Notes under the pieces: generated by a model
What the model saw: only the letters and a program-made list of their open reading frames with translations
The model's database searches: none
Told to the model about the DNA's origin: nothing
In this document: positions 1 through 13,000 of the stretch, one piece after another
How the letters are laid out: every line of letters starts with the position of its first letter
Numbering within the stretch: the stretch's first letter is position 1
Source: Lama glama
Lineage: Eukaryota
Reading direction: 5' to 3'
Length of the DNA stretch: 64,000 bases
Assembly (NCBI GenBank): GCA_028534125.1
Contig: CM052821.1
Span: 53,754,001 to 53,818,000, forward strand
Program-made: the position numbers and the translations under genes

Positions 1-2270
1 CAATTACAATTTTTGCATCTGTGTTGATGACTGAGACTCCCTTTGTCAGGTTTTGGTGTCAGTGATTGGTCATTCTGGCCTCATGAAATGAGCTGAGGTC
101 ATTTTATTCTCTTTTATGTTCACATTATGCTCTTTCCCCTGTGCTCTAGAAGCGCCTGTGTAAGACTGGCGTTACTTCTTCCTCAAATGTGCAGTCGAAT
201 TCACAAGGCCTGGGGTTCTCTTAGTGGGAAAGATTCAATTTGTTTAATAATCATAGGGTTCTTCAGATTCCTCTTTTTCTGGTCTTCGTTTCGGGAACTT
301 GAACTTTTAAAGAAAACAATTCATTTCTTTTCCATCTTCAAATGTTTTAGATATAATTGTTTCATAATAGTCTTATCTTTTTAATGTTTTCTGGCTGTGT
401 TCTGGTATCTTCTCTTTAATTTCTGATGTTGGGAATTTGTGTTGTCTTTTTTTTTCCTTGATGACTTTTGCCAAGAAGTTATAGATTTTATTAATTTTTT
501 CTCCAAGGAATCAGCACTTTGCTTTGCTGATTGCCTGTTATGTTTGTTTTTTTGCATTAGTTTTGTGTTCCTCTTCAGTGTTCTTTACTTTTACTTTGTG
601 TTTATTTGACTATCCTATATTTAATTGGTGAGAAGTATGGCTAAATCATTAGTTTTCAGTCAGTTAAATTTGTATATCAGTTTGGGGAGAACTGATGTCT
701 TTACCATGCTGTTGTTTAAGCCATGGACACAGTATGTCTCTTCATTTCTTTAGACCTCCTTTGATTTCTTTACTAATATATTAGTATATATGCTCTTAAG
801 CTTAAATTTCCCTCCCAGCACTGATTTGACTGCATCACACAAGTTTTAACATGCATAATTTCTTTTGTGCTCAAATATTTCCTAATTGCATCATGATTTT
901 TTCTTTGACTGTAGGCTACCTGTTTTGCAAACAAGTGAGACTTTCCTAGTTATGTTTTCTCTTCATAGTTTTCTATCTTAGTGGCATTGTGGTCAAATAA
1001 TGTCCTTTGAGGTTAGTTGAAACTTGCTTAGTTATCCAGTATATGGCAACTTTTCACAAAGATTCTGTGCTTGGAAAAAATTTTTGTGTTTGTTGGATGC
1101 ATTGTTCTATGTATGGTCATTTGGCAAATTTCTTAATCATGTTCAGTTCTTCCATATTCTTACTGATTTTCCATCTGATCACCCTACCTGTTGTAAACAG
1201 AGCTGTCTTAAAGTCTCCTACTATGACTGTGGTTTTGTCTTCCTTTCCTTAGTTCCATCAGTTTTTGCTTTATGTATTTTGAGGCTATGTGTTATTAAGT
1301 GCATACAAATTTAATAAGGTTTTCCTATTGAATTGGCTCTTTATCATCATGAAATATTACTCTATATCTTTGCTAATACTTCTTGTCTGTAACTCTAATT
1401 TATCTGATATTACTATAGTTACACCAGCTTTTGGGGGGTTTGTACTTGCATAGTATCCTTTTCCCCATCCTTTTATTTTCACTTTTTCGTAAGTCCTAAT
1501 ATTGTAAATATCTCTTATGAATAATATATAGTTGATTTTGGAGGGAGGGCTTAAATCCAATCTGATAATCTTCATCTTTTAATTTAAGACCATTTCATTC
1601 ATTTATGTTTAATGTGATTACTAAAATATTTGGTTTTAAGTATTATGTGCTTTTTGTCTTATTTCTCTCTCTCATTTTTTTTTTTGTCATGCCTTCTTTT
1701 GGATAAGTACATTTTGTCATGTTATGTTTCTCTTTATATTAGCTTGGAAGTTATTTCTTCTTTTACTATTATTTCAATGCTTCTCCTAAAGATTAAAAAA
1801 TGCATTCTTAACATATCCTAATATTATTTGGTACTTTCTTTCTTCCTGGACAATCCAAGGACCTAACCTTGTATCCTGTGATCTTGTAAACTCACTTACT
1901 GTTTCTAGAAGCCTTTTTTGTAGCTTCCTTGACTTTTTTTTTTTTTTTGGAAGCAATCATATCCTCTGCAAATAGGGACATTTTTAGTTTCCCTTTTCCA
2001 TCTATGTGCCTTTTATTTCCATTTCTTGCCTTCTTTGCACTGGTTAGAACTTCCAGCAGCATCTCGAATAAAAGTGGTGACAACAGATCTCCTTGCCTTG
2101 TCTCTGATCTAATTTGCCTTTAAACCCATTCATGGAGATCTTAATTTCGGTTATTATACTTTTTACTTCTACGGTTTCTAATAAGTTCTTTAAAAAATTT
2201 CCTCCATTATTTTTTATGGCATTAGTTTTCAGACATACTTTTATACATTTTGGGCACATTAAGTAAAGCT
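1..2270 (-). mobile_element. Old fragmented LINE-1 (ORF1 remnant, RT fragment, endonuclease and linker remnants)
   Basis: T-rich plus strand. Minus-strand translations KAGVTIVISDKLELQTRSI (L1 endonuclease-like, 1357-1575), SPLLFEMLLEVL...KMSLFAEDMI (L1 RT-like, 1892-2083) and EVKSIITEIKISMNGFKGKLD (ORF1-like). Confidence 0.85.
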
Positions 2271-3563
2271 GTTTTGGAGCCTCTCCCGTGACCCGTTTGT
2301 GCTGTTTCTCGTGTCTATTGCTGCCCTGGCTGCCTGGTTACCTCTGAGGGTGAGCCAGACAGAATATATTTGATCAATTGTTTGTAGAAATATTTTGAAG
2401 CCCAGGGTGATGAGCACTCTCTGGAGGAAGATAAGCGGATGGTGCTAGCAGTTACGTGGGTGTGCCAGCAATCTGGGATCCCGTTAATCCAATTTCAGAA
2501 ATTGTGTGTCTCTGGTCCCCCAGATGAAGTGGAACGGAGCTGCCAGGGTGGGCCCACCCTTACTCCCATGGCACAGCCATTGGGGGGCCCAGTCCAACGT
2601 AGGGGTGCCAGATCCCTCCCTCCAGCGGTCGCAGACTCCACCCCCTCCCCCAGCCTGCCAAGCTGGAAGACCAGGGCTCATCCTCTCAGCCTCCTCATTC
2701 AGAACCAATGAGTCCCCAGGGAAAAAGCAGCCCCAAGTGCCACCTCATTTTTCTGAGTGCCCGTCCTCTCCCAGGCCTCAAATTCTGAATTCTTCATTAC
2801 TGGTATGCTTTCTAATGCCTTCCAGGAGTGTTAAAAAATACACGTGGCCCAGGGTTTCTAGCTGTTCTCATGGTGGGCGGGGTTGTGGGGGAGGCACAGT
2901 CTGAAGACCTGATCTGGGGGGGTGAATGTTGGAGTGTGCCTTTCAGACTGGTGAAACGAAGGCATACTGGAATGCCGGCAGTGGTGGCCGAGCAGAGGGG
3001 AGAGCCATGATTCAGGAGAGAGGGAGTGTTGTAGATGGAGCCTGAGATGGGGCTCAGTGTGGACGGGAGCCTCAATGTGCCCCCAAGAACGTGCACACAG
3101 CAGCAATAGTGATGTCAGTGCTACGGCCCTTTTCTGGCCCTTTCCCTGTGCCCCGGCCCGAGGTTGGTGGCGCTGGGGAACAGAGTGTGCTGAAAGTCTG
3201 GGCCATCAGATGGGACTCTAGCAGAGGGGATGGTGCTGCATCCCAGCAATTGTCCCCGACCAGCTGGTGGGCTCACAGCCCCTCCTGCTGCCCGCCAGTG
3301 CCCCCTTCGTGGCTCTGTCTCCTTTCCGACGCTGCTCTTGCTGCTTGGGAGGGGGTGTACATCTGGCCTCTCGATCTGCTCTGTCCTTGGTGCTGGACCC
3401 CCGAGTCCTTCGGGAGGGACCTGTGTGACCAGCTGCCCCTAATGCCGCCCCAGACCGCTCTTCAGCTGAGACCCTGGACCCTGATCCTCCGCCCTCCCCG
3501 ACAGAGTGACAACGAACATGACTGCAGGTTCCCAAGGGCACATTTTGAAACATGAAAGCAAAT

Positions 3564-3601
3564 TTTAATACAGGGGACAGCTGACGTGACACTCCTTTAT
3601 T
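3564..3601 (-). terminator. Polyadenylation signals of SHISAL1 (AATAAA 3601-3596; secondary ATTAAA 3569-3564)
   Basis: Plus strand tttatt at 3596-3601 and tttaat at 3564-3569. U/GU-rich tract tttgctttcatgtttc lies downstream on the minus strand. Confidence 0.75.
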
Positions 3602-3676
3602 AAAACCTAAGGACATCTTTATAAAAACTACTGTATATAAAGACAAAAGCAGTGCAACAGCGGTCCGTGTAAAACA

Positions 3677-3740
3677 CATCATCATCATCATTACATTATA
3701 TTAGTATTATTAGTATTATTATTATTAGGAATATTATTGG
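3677..3740. repeat. Compound (CAT)n/(TAT)n low-complexity repeat in the distal 3'UTR
   Basis: catcatcatcatcattacattatattagtattattagtattattattatt. Confidence 0.85.
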
Positions 3741-6700
3741 TTTTTGGTTTTCCCGGGTATCAGCTCTCAGAGAGGCCCCACGCCTGCTCACGTGAAGTGG
3801 GGGTTTACAGGGGAGAGGGACGAGTCTGCCCCACCGTGCGTGCGTGCCCTTGCCCGGCTGACCCTGGGGAGGACACAGCGACCTGGAAGGGGCCCTGATT
3901 TGTCGGGGTGACTGAGCCTCTCCCTCCACGGTCCCCACTCAGTTACTGCCCATCACCCAAACCCTGTTAGGTTCTTTGACTGTGCTGTATCCCATTAGCT
4001 TTCACCTAGAAGACGGGAAAGAGACAGGGAGGAACCGAGGTGAGAACCCGAGGCGGGCTTCCAAGAAGAGCTTCTCTCGGGGCCCAGTTTGGTTGCAGCT
4101 GTGGCCACACTGGATGCCTGTGGAGGCTGTGTGGTCTGTACCTTTGGATCACGTGAGTGGTGATCCCCCACTAGCATTCCCTGACTTTGATGGGATCCTG
4201 CACATTTTGGAGGGCAGTTTAGGGCAATTCATAGGGCACATCCCTGCCAAACCCAGGGTTGCTGTTCACAGCGCTGCCGATAGAAACGGTGCCCCTGGGA
4301 GGTGGGCACTGCAGCAGCCCTGAATGTCAGTCTGTCAAGGGCAAATGAGTTAGGGCTTTGATGTGATGATAGGAGTTTTAGGTACAGTGTGACTAATAGT
4401 CAAAGCCCCTCACTCACCAAGCATCTATCTAGCACCAACTCTCCAGCAGCATCTTGGACTGGAAACTTGGGGGCAGGGATGGGGGTGGGGACAATGCCAC
4501 CTCCAAGGTCACTTATTCTCTTTGTGGATTCGAGCATCCTTAACTGTTAGGCACAACTAGTCATTTCACAAGTGATGCTAGCCTCTCCCTCAGACACTGC
4601 CTGTTCCCCGACATCTCCAGCTACAGCAGGAACTGCTCCCAGCTGGGCCCTGGGTACGGAGCTGGCTAAATATTTGTTGGTGAGATGAATGGATGCATGC
4701 ATGAACAAATGGATTTTCTCAACAGTTGAATTTTCAGGCCAGGGGCCCCCAGAGCTGCCTGCACTCACCTGATGGCCGCCTGGTGCTGCGCTTGTGCTGC
4801 AAGGTGGGGCTGGGGAGCCTGGCGTGGCGTTGGCCACAGGGTAGGTGTGCTGTGTTTGTTTCCTGGAGGGGACAGGGCATCACCCCAGCCTGGTGATGTG
4901 TTCTGGGGCTGCAGGTGGCAGTGACCAGAGTGTCACCCACTCGTTGGGTGGTTGGCCACCCCTCTGACTTTTCAAGTCTGTGAGGACCAGGTAGCCCCTG
5001 TCTGATGCTCAGCAGGTGGACGGGAAGATAAGAGTCCCCCAAGGTGGCCTCTTCCATTCCAGGCCCAGAGAGGGGGGCCCAGACAGATGTCTCTCTGCAG
5101 TGACATGGCTGCCCCTCAGCATTGACCAGAAATGCCCCCAGCGACTCCATGTGGGGCTCTTATGCCAACTTGGATCGCTAAGTAATCTGCAAATTCACTC
5201 TGAAGGCCACCTCAGGCGTGACTCTTCCAGTGGGTGGGGACCCATCAGCCAAGCTGAACAAATTAAACCAATACATGTTTTAAACGTCAGTGACTCTAGG
5301 AAACTTGTCTTCTTTTACAGCACAACCTCTAGTAGACATGGTGAATGGGGTGTCCGCAGAGCCAGGGGACAGGGCCTGGGCAGGGACAGCGGTCTGGAGG
5401 GACAGCGAGGCCCGGGGTCCTGGCTGGCGCGGACGTGGGTCTGGGGATCTCCCGGGTGTGTGGGAGATGGTGCCTGGCCAGCCCCACTGTCTCCTTGTGA
5501 CTGGAGTGGCTGAAACGCAGTTTTTGATTTGATGGGGAGCTGGGAGGCATCTCTCGGCAGAAGGAGCCTATTACCCCCCAAACCCCTGGTCATGTTTTCC
5601 CTGATGACCCCGCATCCTCCTTTCCAGGCCTGGTGCTGAGTTTGCCCAGAGAGTTTTTTGGATGATGAGGGAAAATGCCACCCCTCCACCAGGAATGCTA
5701 GCTGCCTCCCTGCTATTTCTTGAAAACATCAGATTGGACCATCAGAGAGACTGGATCTACCTGCAAAAACTCACGTGTGTGCATTTGTGCGTGCGCATGT
5801 TTGTGGACGTGTGTGTGCGTGTGCGTGTGTTTTCAGTTAAGGCCTGTTCCTTCCTGGTCCCGGTCAGGGTCCTGTGTCTGCCTGGCAGCTGGTGGCCCCA
5901 GGCCTGTCTGCACTAGTGAGCTGCTCCTTGAGGGGCAGGGGGACTACAGAGGTTCAGGGAGGGCAGAGAGGCCCACGGGGGCTACCAGCTATCGGTTCTG
6001 AGCAGAGAGTCCCAGACATACAAGACACTAGACACGGAAGAGAAGAAAAGCATAAAACTGCTCGTTAATAACACACAGTTCCCAGTGGGGAAAAGTCCTC
6101 ACAGATACAGGGAGTCAGCGACGTGAGCCAGAGACAAGTTCCTCAGTGGACGGATTGCCAGCCTTTTCCTCTTTTTTTGTTTTTGTTTTTGTTTTTCTGT
6201 GTTATTATTGTTACTTTTACAGATAGCCAGAAGCTCACAGTAAAAAGTAAAAGTAGGCAGCTTGAAAATTCAGGTTAGGGAGTCACTAAAAATCGTGAAC
6301 TCTGTAAATCTCTACTTGAACTTGTCACTACCCTGCGTCTCATCCTTGGGACACTCTAACTGGCACGTCTGCCGGCCGCGGTAGGATGGAGGCAGGTTTT
6401 CATTGGGACGGTCCGTGACCTGGGGTCTTGAGGGGCCCTTGACAGTGGGTGGGACTGAACTGCACCTGAGTGACTTCTGGACGTGTGCTCACACCCATGT
6501 GCACTGCCCTCGCCCCCTCAAGCACTCGGAGAGGCAACGAGTGTTGGCACCTCCCTCCCACGCCCCCACCTCACACACTTGACAGGGGAGGCTCAGAGAG
6601 GTGACGCGATTGGCCCGAGCCCACCCGGCCGGGAAGGGCAGTGCTGTGGGTCCCTGCGCTCTGTCTGCACCCAGGCTGCCCTGTGTTGGATTGCTAAGTC

Positions 6701-7469
6701 TGGGATGTGTGCTGAGCTACACAGTGCGAGGCCGCCCGCTCACAACTGAGTGTTCAGACCCCCAGCCTGGCGGTAACAGGACACCTCCACGGCTCGTCGG
6801 TCACTCCCGGAGAGACCGCTGGTGGGGCCAGGAGCAGCATCTCGCAAGTTCTCAAGCTCAGGGATGCAAATCAGAGGAATCCTGACCCCGGCTGGTCTCT
6901 GTGACAGTGACCTCTGGCTCCAGTGATTGGGTCCGGGAGGCAGGGCCACCTGCTCCTTCTCAGCAGATGAAGCGCCTTCCAGAACCGCAGGAAGCCAGAG
7001 ATGCAGGCCTCCTAAATATCTGGCCTGATTCCTTCCTTTTAGTGTTAGGGCCACCAATGGCAGAGAAGGCACGGGACTTGCCTGAGGTCACACTGTTCTC
7101 AGTACAGAGCTGTTGTCAGATTCTGGGTCTGTGCCCAGTCCCCTCTCCCCAAGGCTTGGGTTCCTCTGACTCACGGGGCTCTGCACAGAGGATGCAGGTG
7201 TGATGGGATAGAGCTGGGCTGAATGGCTGCTGGGCATACTGTCCCCCCAGCGTCCCCCTCCAACCCGGGCCAACCCCAGCCCAATGGCTGCCCTGCACGG
7301 CCGAGGCCCTTGGGCAGGTCCTGGGATGACTCACCGTCCAGGGAAAAGGGAGCTGTGCCTATCCCCAATCAAGACCCTAAGCAAAGGTTCTCCCGCTTTG
7401 CCTCTGCCAAGCTGTATGCCTTGGGGGCCCTGGCAGCGCTGCCTGGAGGAGATGGGACTGAAGCCCTGG

Positions 7470-7590
7470 GCCTCAGCTTGCCCATGTGACCTTGGGCAAG
7501 CCACCTGACCTGTCTGAGTCTCCGTGTCCTAGTCCATGAAATGGGGGAGAATCCCTTCTTTATGGGCTTTGAGAGGATGAAGAGCCAGGC
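7470..7590 (+). mobile_element. MIR fragment in the 3'UTR
   Basis: tgtgaccttgggcaagccacctgacctgtctgagtctccgtgtcctagtccatgaaatggg resembles the MIR core. Confidence 0.7.
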
Positions 7591-9097
7591 TGGATGGAAA
7601 ATGCCTGACGCCCCAGAAAGTTCTTTCTGCCTTTCAGAGGATGGGCGGGTGTTACCCGCAGCCTGCGGTGACTCACAGCAAACCACAGCTCACAGGTTCT
7701 CTCTTCCCCTCCTCTCTTTCCACCCTTCCGCTGCCTCCCAGACAACCTGGGTCTCTGAGTTCCCTGAAACCATCAAGCCCGTGGCTGCCCCAGGGCCTTT
7801 GCACCAGCTGTTGCCTCTGCCTGGCGTGCTCTCCTATCTTCAGTGTCCATGGCTGGCTCTTGCTGACCATTCAGGTCTGGGCTTCACTATCACCTGCTCA
7901 GAAAAGCCTTCCCAAGCTCACCAGGACCCTTGCTAACACTGTTTGGACGGAATTCTCGGTCAGCTCAGTGCTCACCAGTCTTGCTGTCTTCCTTACTCAT
8001 TGCTCATTTCTTCCCTGGCCTCTCACCCCAGCTAGAACACCAGCACCACGAGCAGGGGCCTGCCTGCTCCCTGCTGCGTCTGACGGGCAGACGGTCTGCG
8101 GGAGAACACTGGGTCCGGCTGAGTGAGATGCCTCGAGCAGAGGGGACACACGCTTGTGGAGGAGGGCCCGCCGAGCTGGGCGTCGGGGGAGGTTTTTGGC
8201 ATCACTAACACCAGCGGAAAGAGGGTACTTACACTGCCAGCTTGGCCCTTGGGGATTTACGTGATCATTTCTCAGGTAATGCCCATCCGTGGGTGTGCCC
8301 CGGGGGAGTGGGGTGCGTGGCGGTGAGCTCTGTGGATGGATGTTATGGGCTCCAGGTTTGTGTGGCAGTCCCAGCTTCCAGAACCATCCCCTCTGCGTTT
8401 CCACAGTGCTCATCACTCTGTCCAGCAAAGATCTGTGTCTGCCTCTCCCACCAGATGCTGGCTCTCCCTGGGGCAGGGACAAGAACAGCCTGGCACATCT
8501 CCCGTCCCCACCACTGCCCAGCATGGGGCCTGGCACACAGCAGGTGCTCAACCAGAATGTGCCATGTGTATGAGGGTTCTGGGGCAGTGACAGTGGAGAA
8601 CTTGGGGCGATGGCCCCTCCACCGAGAAGCCACTGGGGAGACCCGGGCTGGGGAGCTTGAAGTTTGGGTTCTTATACCTCTGAGGTCAAACAGAGGGCCT
8701 TGCCTCCTGCCTGTGAGTTGTGGGCTGTTTTTGCAGGCAGTTCATCCCACCTGCCTCCCAGGTGATGAGAGAGGGTGTATGTGAAGACACGTCCCCTAGC
8801 GCCTGCCCCGGGGACGGCCTGAGAAGCGTCTCTCAGGATCACTGTCATTATGGAAACAGAATCTGTAAGAACGAGCCCCCACTGGCATTTGCAAATCCCC
8901 AGCACCCCCTGAGGCACAGTGGGGCTGTGTCCCGTGCTGGCCCCTCCATCTCGCTCACAGCCGCCAGCCGCAGCAGGAAGCTGGAGCCCGGACGCTGGCC
9001 CGGAGCCCCGCCACAAGGTGACCCATGCCCACGAGGGAACTTGGGGGCACCCCAGTAAAGACCAAACAAACAAAAAGGACACCCCAAATCACGCACC

Positions 9098-9132
9098 AGA
9101 CACGCACACGCACACACACACACACACTCACA
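9098..9132. repeat. (CA)n-like microsatellite
   Basis: cacgcacacgcacacacacacacactcaca. Confidence 0.85.
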
Positions 9133-9754
9133 GTCGATGCTCTGACACGGATAGGCCCAGGGGCCCCTACGGCAGGAGCGGAGGCAAGGGAGCCACAGGC
9201 GCGACACGCAGGCCTGAGCCCTCCCGGCCTGGCTGGGCCAGAGCAGCTGTGCCGCCATCCTGAGTCCGCGAGGGCGCCACCTCTCAGAAGCCACCAGCCC
9301 AAAATGGGACTATTGCTTGCGGACGGGTGGCTCAGAAGCCCCTCCCTGCACCCCTGGCCCCCACCCCTGAGTTTGCTCCTCATCTTAGAAGTTCGCGGAA
9401 GGGGGTTTGGGCACAGGCAGCATTTCCTCCTCCGCCACCACCGCGGCCGCCTCGACTCTCCCTGGCGTCTCATTGAAGGTGCTCTTCTTGGAGGCTGAGC
9501 CGGGTGCTTCGGGCCTCACCTCCCCCATCCTGAGGCACGGCAAAAGGGTTTTCTAGGGAAGCAGAAGGAAACAAAATATCACATGGTGTCTCCTCCATGG
9601 GGACGCACTGGAGACACTTCTCTCGGGCCTCAGTGCCAGGAGAAGCCAGGTTTTCTCTGAGCACATGACCTGTCTTTGTTTCTGGATATTGAGAACCATT
9701 TGGCTTGAAGGCTGGAAGCAAGGCAAGCAGGCACGCCATCACTATGGTTCCGTA

Positions 9755-10200
9755 CAGCACTAGCGCCCCGGCCCATGCAATAAGACAAGAAAGAAGCATA
9801 GAACGTCAGGAGTGGAATAGGAGACTCCTAATTACCATTATTGGCAGATCATGTACATAGAAAATCCCAGAGAATCAATAGGCTGATTATTAGAACAGAG
9901 AGTACAGACATAAAGATATAATTTTCCATCTGTGAGACATCAGATCAACTTATAAAAACCAACAGTGTTTTTTGACCTCAACAATTATCAGGGTGATTAT
10001 ATGTCTCGGCCTGGGACAGTCCCAGTTTACACTGTTTTGACATAATTTTTAATATTGTTCCCCTTTCACCCTCAAAAGTATTTTAATTTGGATGACAAAC
10101 CATATGGTCACCCTTGCTCTAACAAACTAGAAAATATGAATAACAGATACAGAAATCCACTCGTAATAATAAAAAAAATCATTATGAATCTTGGAATCAT
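9755..10200 (+). mobile_element. Old L1 ORF2 (RT-region) fragment interrupted by a MER94-like element
   Basis: gcaataagacaagaaag...ggcagatcatgtacatagaaaatccc resembles the L1 RT region. A-rich sequence resumes after 10114. Confidence 0.65.
9990..10114. mobile_element. MER94-like hAT-Blackjack MITE
   Basis: Terminal inverted repeats agggtgattatat / atatggtcaccct, internal gggacagtcccagttta, about 125 bp. Confidence 0.7.
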
Positions 10201-10263
10201 ATCACTGGATGTGACTGCATCACACAAAGCCGCGGAGAGGAAATCAGGACAGTCCTGACGCAC

Positions 10264-10316
10264 AGACGAGCCAGGAGATCAGTGGGTAAGACGAGCCAGG
10301 AAATCAGTGGGTAAGA
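10264..10316. repeat. 25-bp tandem duplication
   Basis: agacgagccaggagatcagtgggta then agacgagccaggaaatcagtgggta (1 mismatch). Confidence 0.95.
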
Positions 10317-11399
10317 TCAAGAGAGCAAACACCAGCCCATGGAGCACCTACAGCTTTGACTGGCAGAGCTGAGCTGCCTTTTCCCTTTCTGCTCTTGAGA
10401 TCACCTCCAAACAAGGATAATGATACAAACTCCATCTGTGGCAGGCACAGTGAACCCCCTGGCCTGTGTCCATTTATACCCAGTCACAAATATTCACCTT
10501 CCCATACCCCCTAGCAGACAGGAGTGGTCCCAAGGCCCACTCTGGCCAATGTCATATAAGAGGAGGTCTACAGGGAAGGGGACATGGAGCCAGAGGACGA
10601 ACATGAGAATGAAGGACCCTCACTAATGCGGGTGGGGCGGGAAGCAGTCCCAGGCTGCCCACCTCCGTACCACTGCAGCTGGGTTTCTGCTACTTGCAAA
10701 TGACACAGCTATTAACTAACAAGCCATCTTCAACCAAGCTCCAGTGCGTGTTCCAGCGGCAAGTGAAGAAGCTGGGGGAGGGGCTCTGGCTTCACCAGCA
10801 AAGCCCAATTTTCCAGAGTGAGTGATATTTCAAAGGGCAGAGCCAACACCTCACTCTGCATCACTGGGCTCTGGGTGAGAGAGTCCAGGGAGCTGTCTCC
10901 TTTACTTCACAGAGCAAAGCCAGAGCCCCCATCATCCACTTTATCCTTCTCCAGAGACTTATCTCTATGCAGCACACCAAGGATTTTACTTACTGGTCTA
11001 GTTTATTGTTTGTCTCTCCCAAATCAAAGATTAGCTACACGAGGGCCAAGGTATTTGTGTGTTATGTTCAGTTTTGTATCGCCAGGGTCAGGTGCACAGT
11101 AGGGACTTAATAAATATTTGTTGAATGAAAGAATGAACCAAGAATTTAAAGCCCAGATGAGCCATCATTTAAATATGAGGTCAACAGAACAACTTTTTGA
11201 ACACATTTTGGAATTCGAGTTCCCATGAGCCCTTCTTTATAATAGAGGGTGCACTTAGGGTAACCAAGGGTACATGGAGTAACTCTGGCAAGAGCACTGG
11301 CGATGAGAATCTATTCAGTTTTAGGACTGTGTCTGAAACAAATCTAAGAATCGTGACTGCTGTAGAAAAGAACAGAAGAGAAAACAGAGAACTGATATA

Positions 11400-13000
11400 A
11401 ATGATAGTAGGAGGGGTGAAGCTCTGAAGGAGGGAGGTAATATACGTAAACTATGTCTTATTTATCCACTGCTGGGAGTCCAAAAAATCATTTAGAGATG
11501 GAAGTAACATCAGAGGTAAATGGAAAAGCTAATAGAATCAGCTCGAATCATTTGGTGGAAGGGAGAGATGGGGAGGGAAAGCAGAAATATTCTAATCTGG
11601 GCATTGGTCATTAGTAGGAGGAAAATAAACATTGTCTAAAGAAACAGGATTAAAGGCGTCATAGCACAGCATAATTATGAAGAGAACCATAAGATGAAAA
11701 CCACAGCTTTCCAAATTGTCAGAAGACATACACACAAAAAATAAAACAAAGAAAACAGAGACCATCTGGTGAAAATTGACAACCCCCACAAAAGCTATAA
11801 AAACAGAAAGCATATCATAAACTATGATGACAGAACTAAGATTAAATGCAGCTGCCATATTAGTAAATGTTAATGAGCCATACATATTTGCTGGAAAAAA
11901 GAGACTCTCAGACTAGATAACAAGCAAACCCACTGAAGGTAAAATGATTCAGAAAGGTTTCGTATGATTAAAAAGTTCTGCAGAAGGATGGAGTGATGTC
12001 TGTACAGCAATGTGTATGTATTTAATGCCAGTGAACAGTACAGTGCTTAAAATGGTAAATTGTATGTTATATGTTTTACTGTAATTATAAAAAAAGGATG
12101 TGTAGAAATACAACAAACACAAACCATGAGAAAGCAGGGATCTTGATCTGAATATTAGACAACACTGAACTCAGGGCAAGAAACAGTGAAAGAGAAAAAG
12201 AAGGCACTGTGTGGGGATCAAGGATGAGTCACCATGAGGACCTAAAAGTAGCAGGTGTCTTTGGACCAAATAACATAGACTCACATGTCATAGAGCAAGA
12301 ACTCCCGGAAATTTTGGAATAAAAAGACAGCAAAATGCTAGTATTGGTGCATTGTAATTCAACTCTCTGCCCACTATATATTAATTTGACAAAAACATAA
12401 ATAATTTATAGAGAGCCAAATAACCTTATTAATAACATAGTATTTGTCTGTGTATTAAACAGAATCTACCTTCTGTTCAAATGCTCCTGAAAATGTATAC
12501 ACACAAAAATGACTATCAGGCTACAAAGGAAGTAAATTCCAAAAAGCAGATATAACACAACATTCTCTGATCACAATATACTAGGATTTGAAAATACTAA
12601 TAAAACCACAAAACATGAACTCTACTACCCAAGAGTTTAAAAACTCTTTAAAATAACTTGTATCAAAGACAGAGAGAAAATAAATCAAAGTTGCAAAATA
12701 TCTAGACAGTAATAAAAATAAAAAGATTACATTTCAGAACCTGTGTGATGCAGCTAAAGCAATGCTCAGAGGAAAATTAATAGCTTTAAATATTGATCTT
12801 AATAAAACATAAATTAGCTATCCAGCTCATAAGCTAGAAAAACAAAGGCAAAATACCCAAGGAAAGCATAGGAAAGCAATTGAGAAATTAAAGCTGAAAT
12901 GAAGTTAAAAAAGTAAAAGGAAGGAATGAATAAATCAATCCAATTCCTGGTTCTTTATGAAAAACAAGGAGATGTTAACTGTTGGTGAATCTAGTGAAAG
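11400..13000 (+). mobile_element. Old L1 (5' part of ORF2) with a short L1 3'-end insertion at ~11960-12095
   Basis: A-rich plus strand with L1-like phrases agtaaatgttaatgagc, ttctctgatcacaat and gcagctaaagcaatgctcagaggaaaattaatagctttaaat. Confidence 0.75.

Larger units (their letters stand above)
3575..9552 (-). other. SHISAL1: SHISAL1 terminal exon: first base (A, 9552) completes the TGA stop; remainder is a ~6 kb 3'UTR (3' end approximate)
   Basis: Strong acceptor ttttgtttccttctgcttccctag|AAAACC (AG at 9554-9553). AATAAA at 3601-3596 and ATTAAA at 3569-3564 sit in an AU-rich block. The region is poor in L1 compared with its flanks. Agrees with my recollection of a long human 3'UTR. Confidence 0.8.

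Noticed and set aside
10264-10316. CRISPR-like repeat or other prokaryotic system
   Set aside because: Only two directly adjacent copies with no spacer, and the DNA is clearly mammalian.
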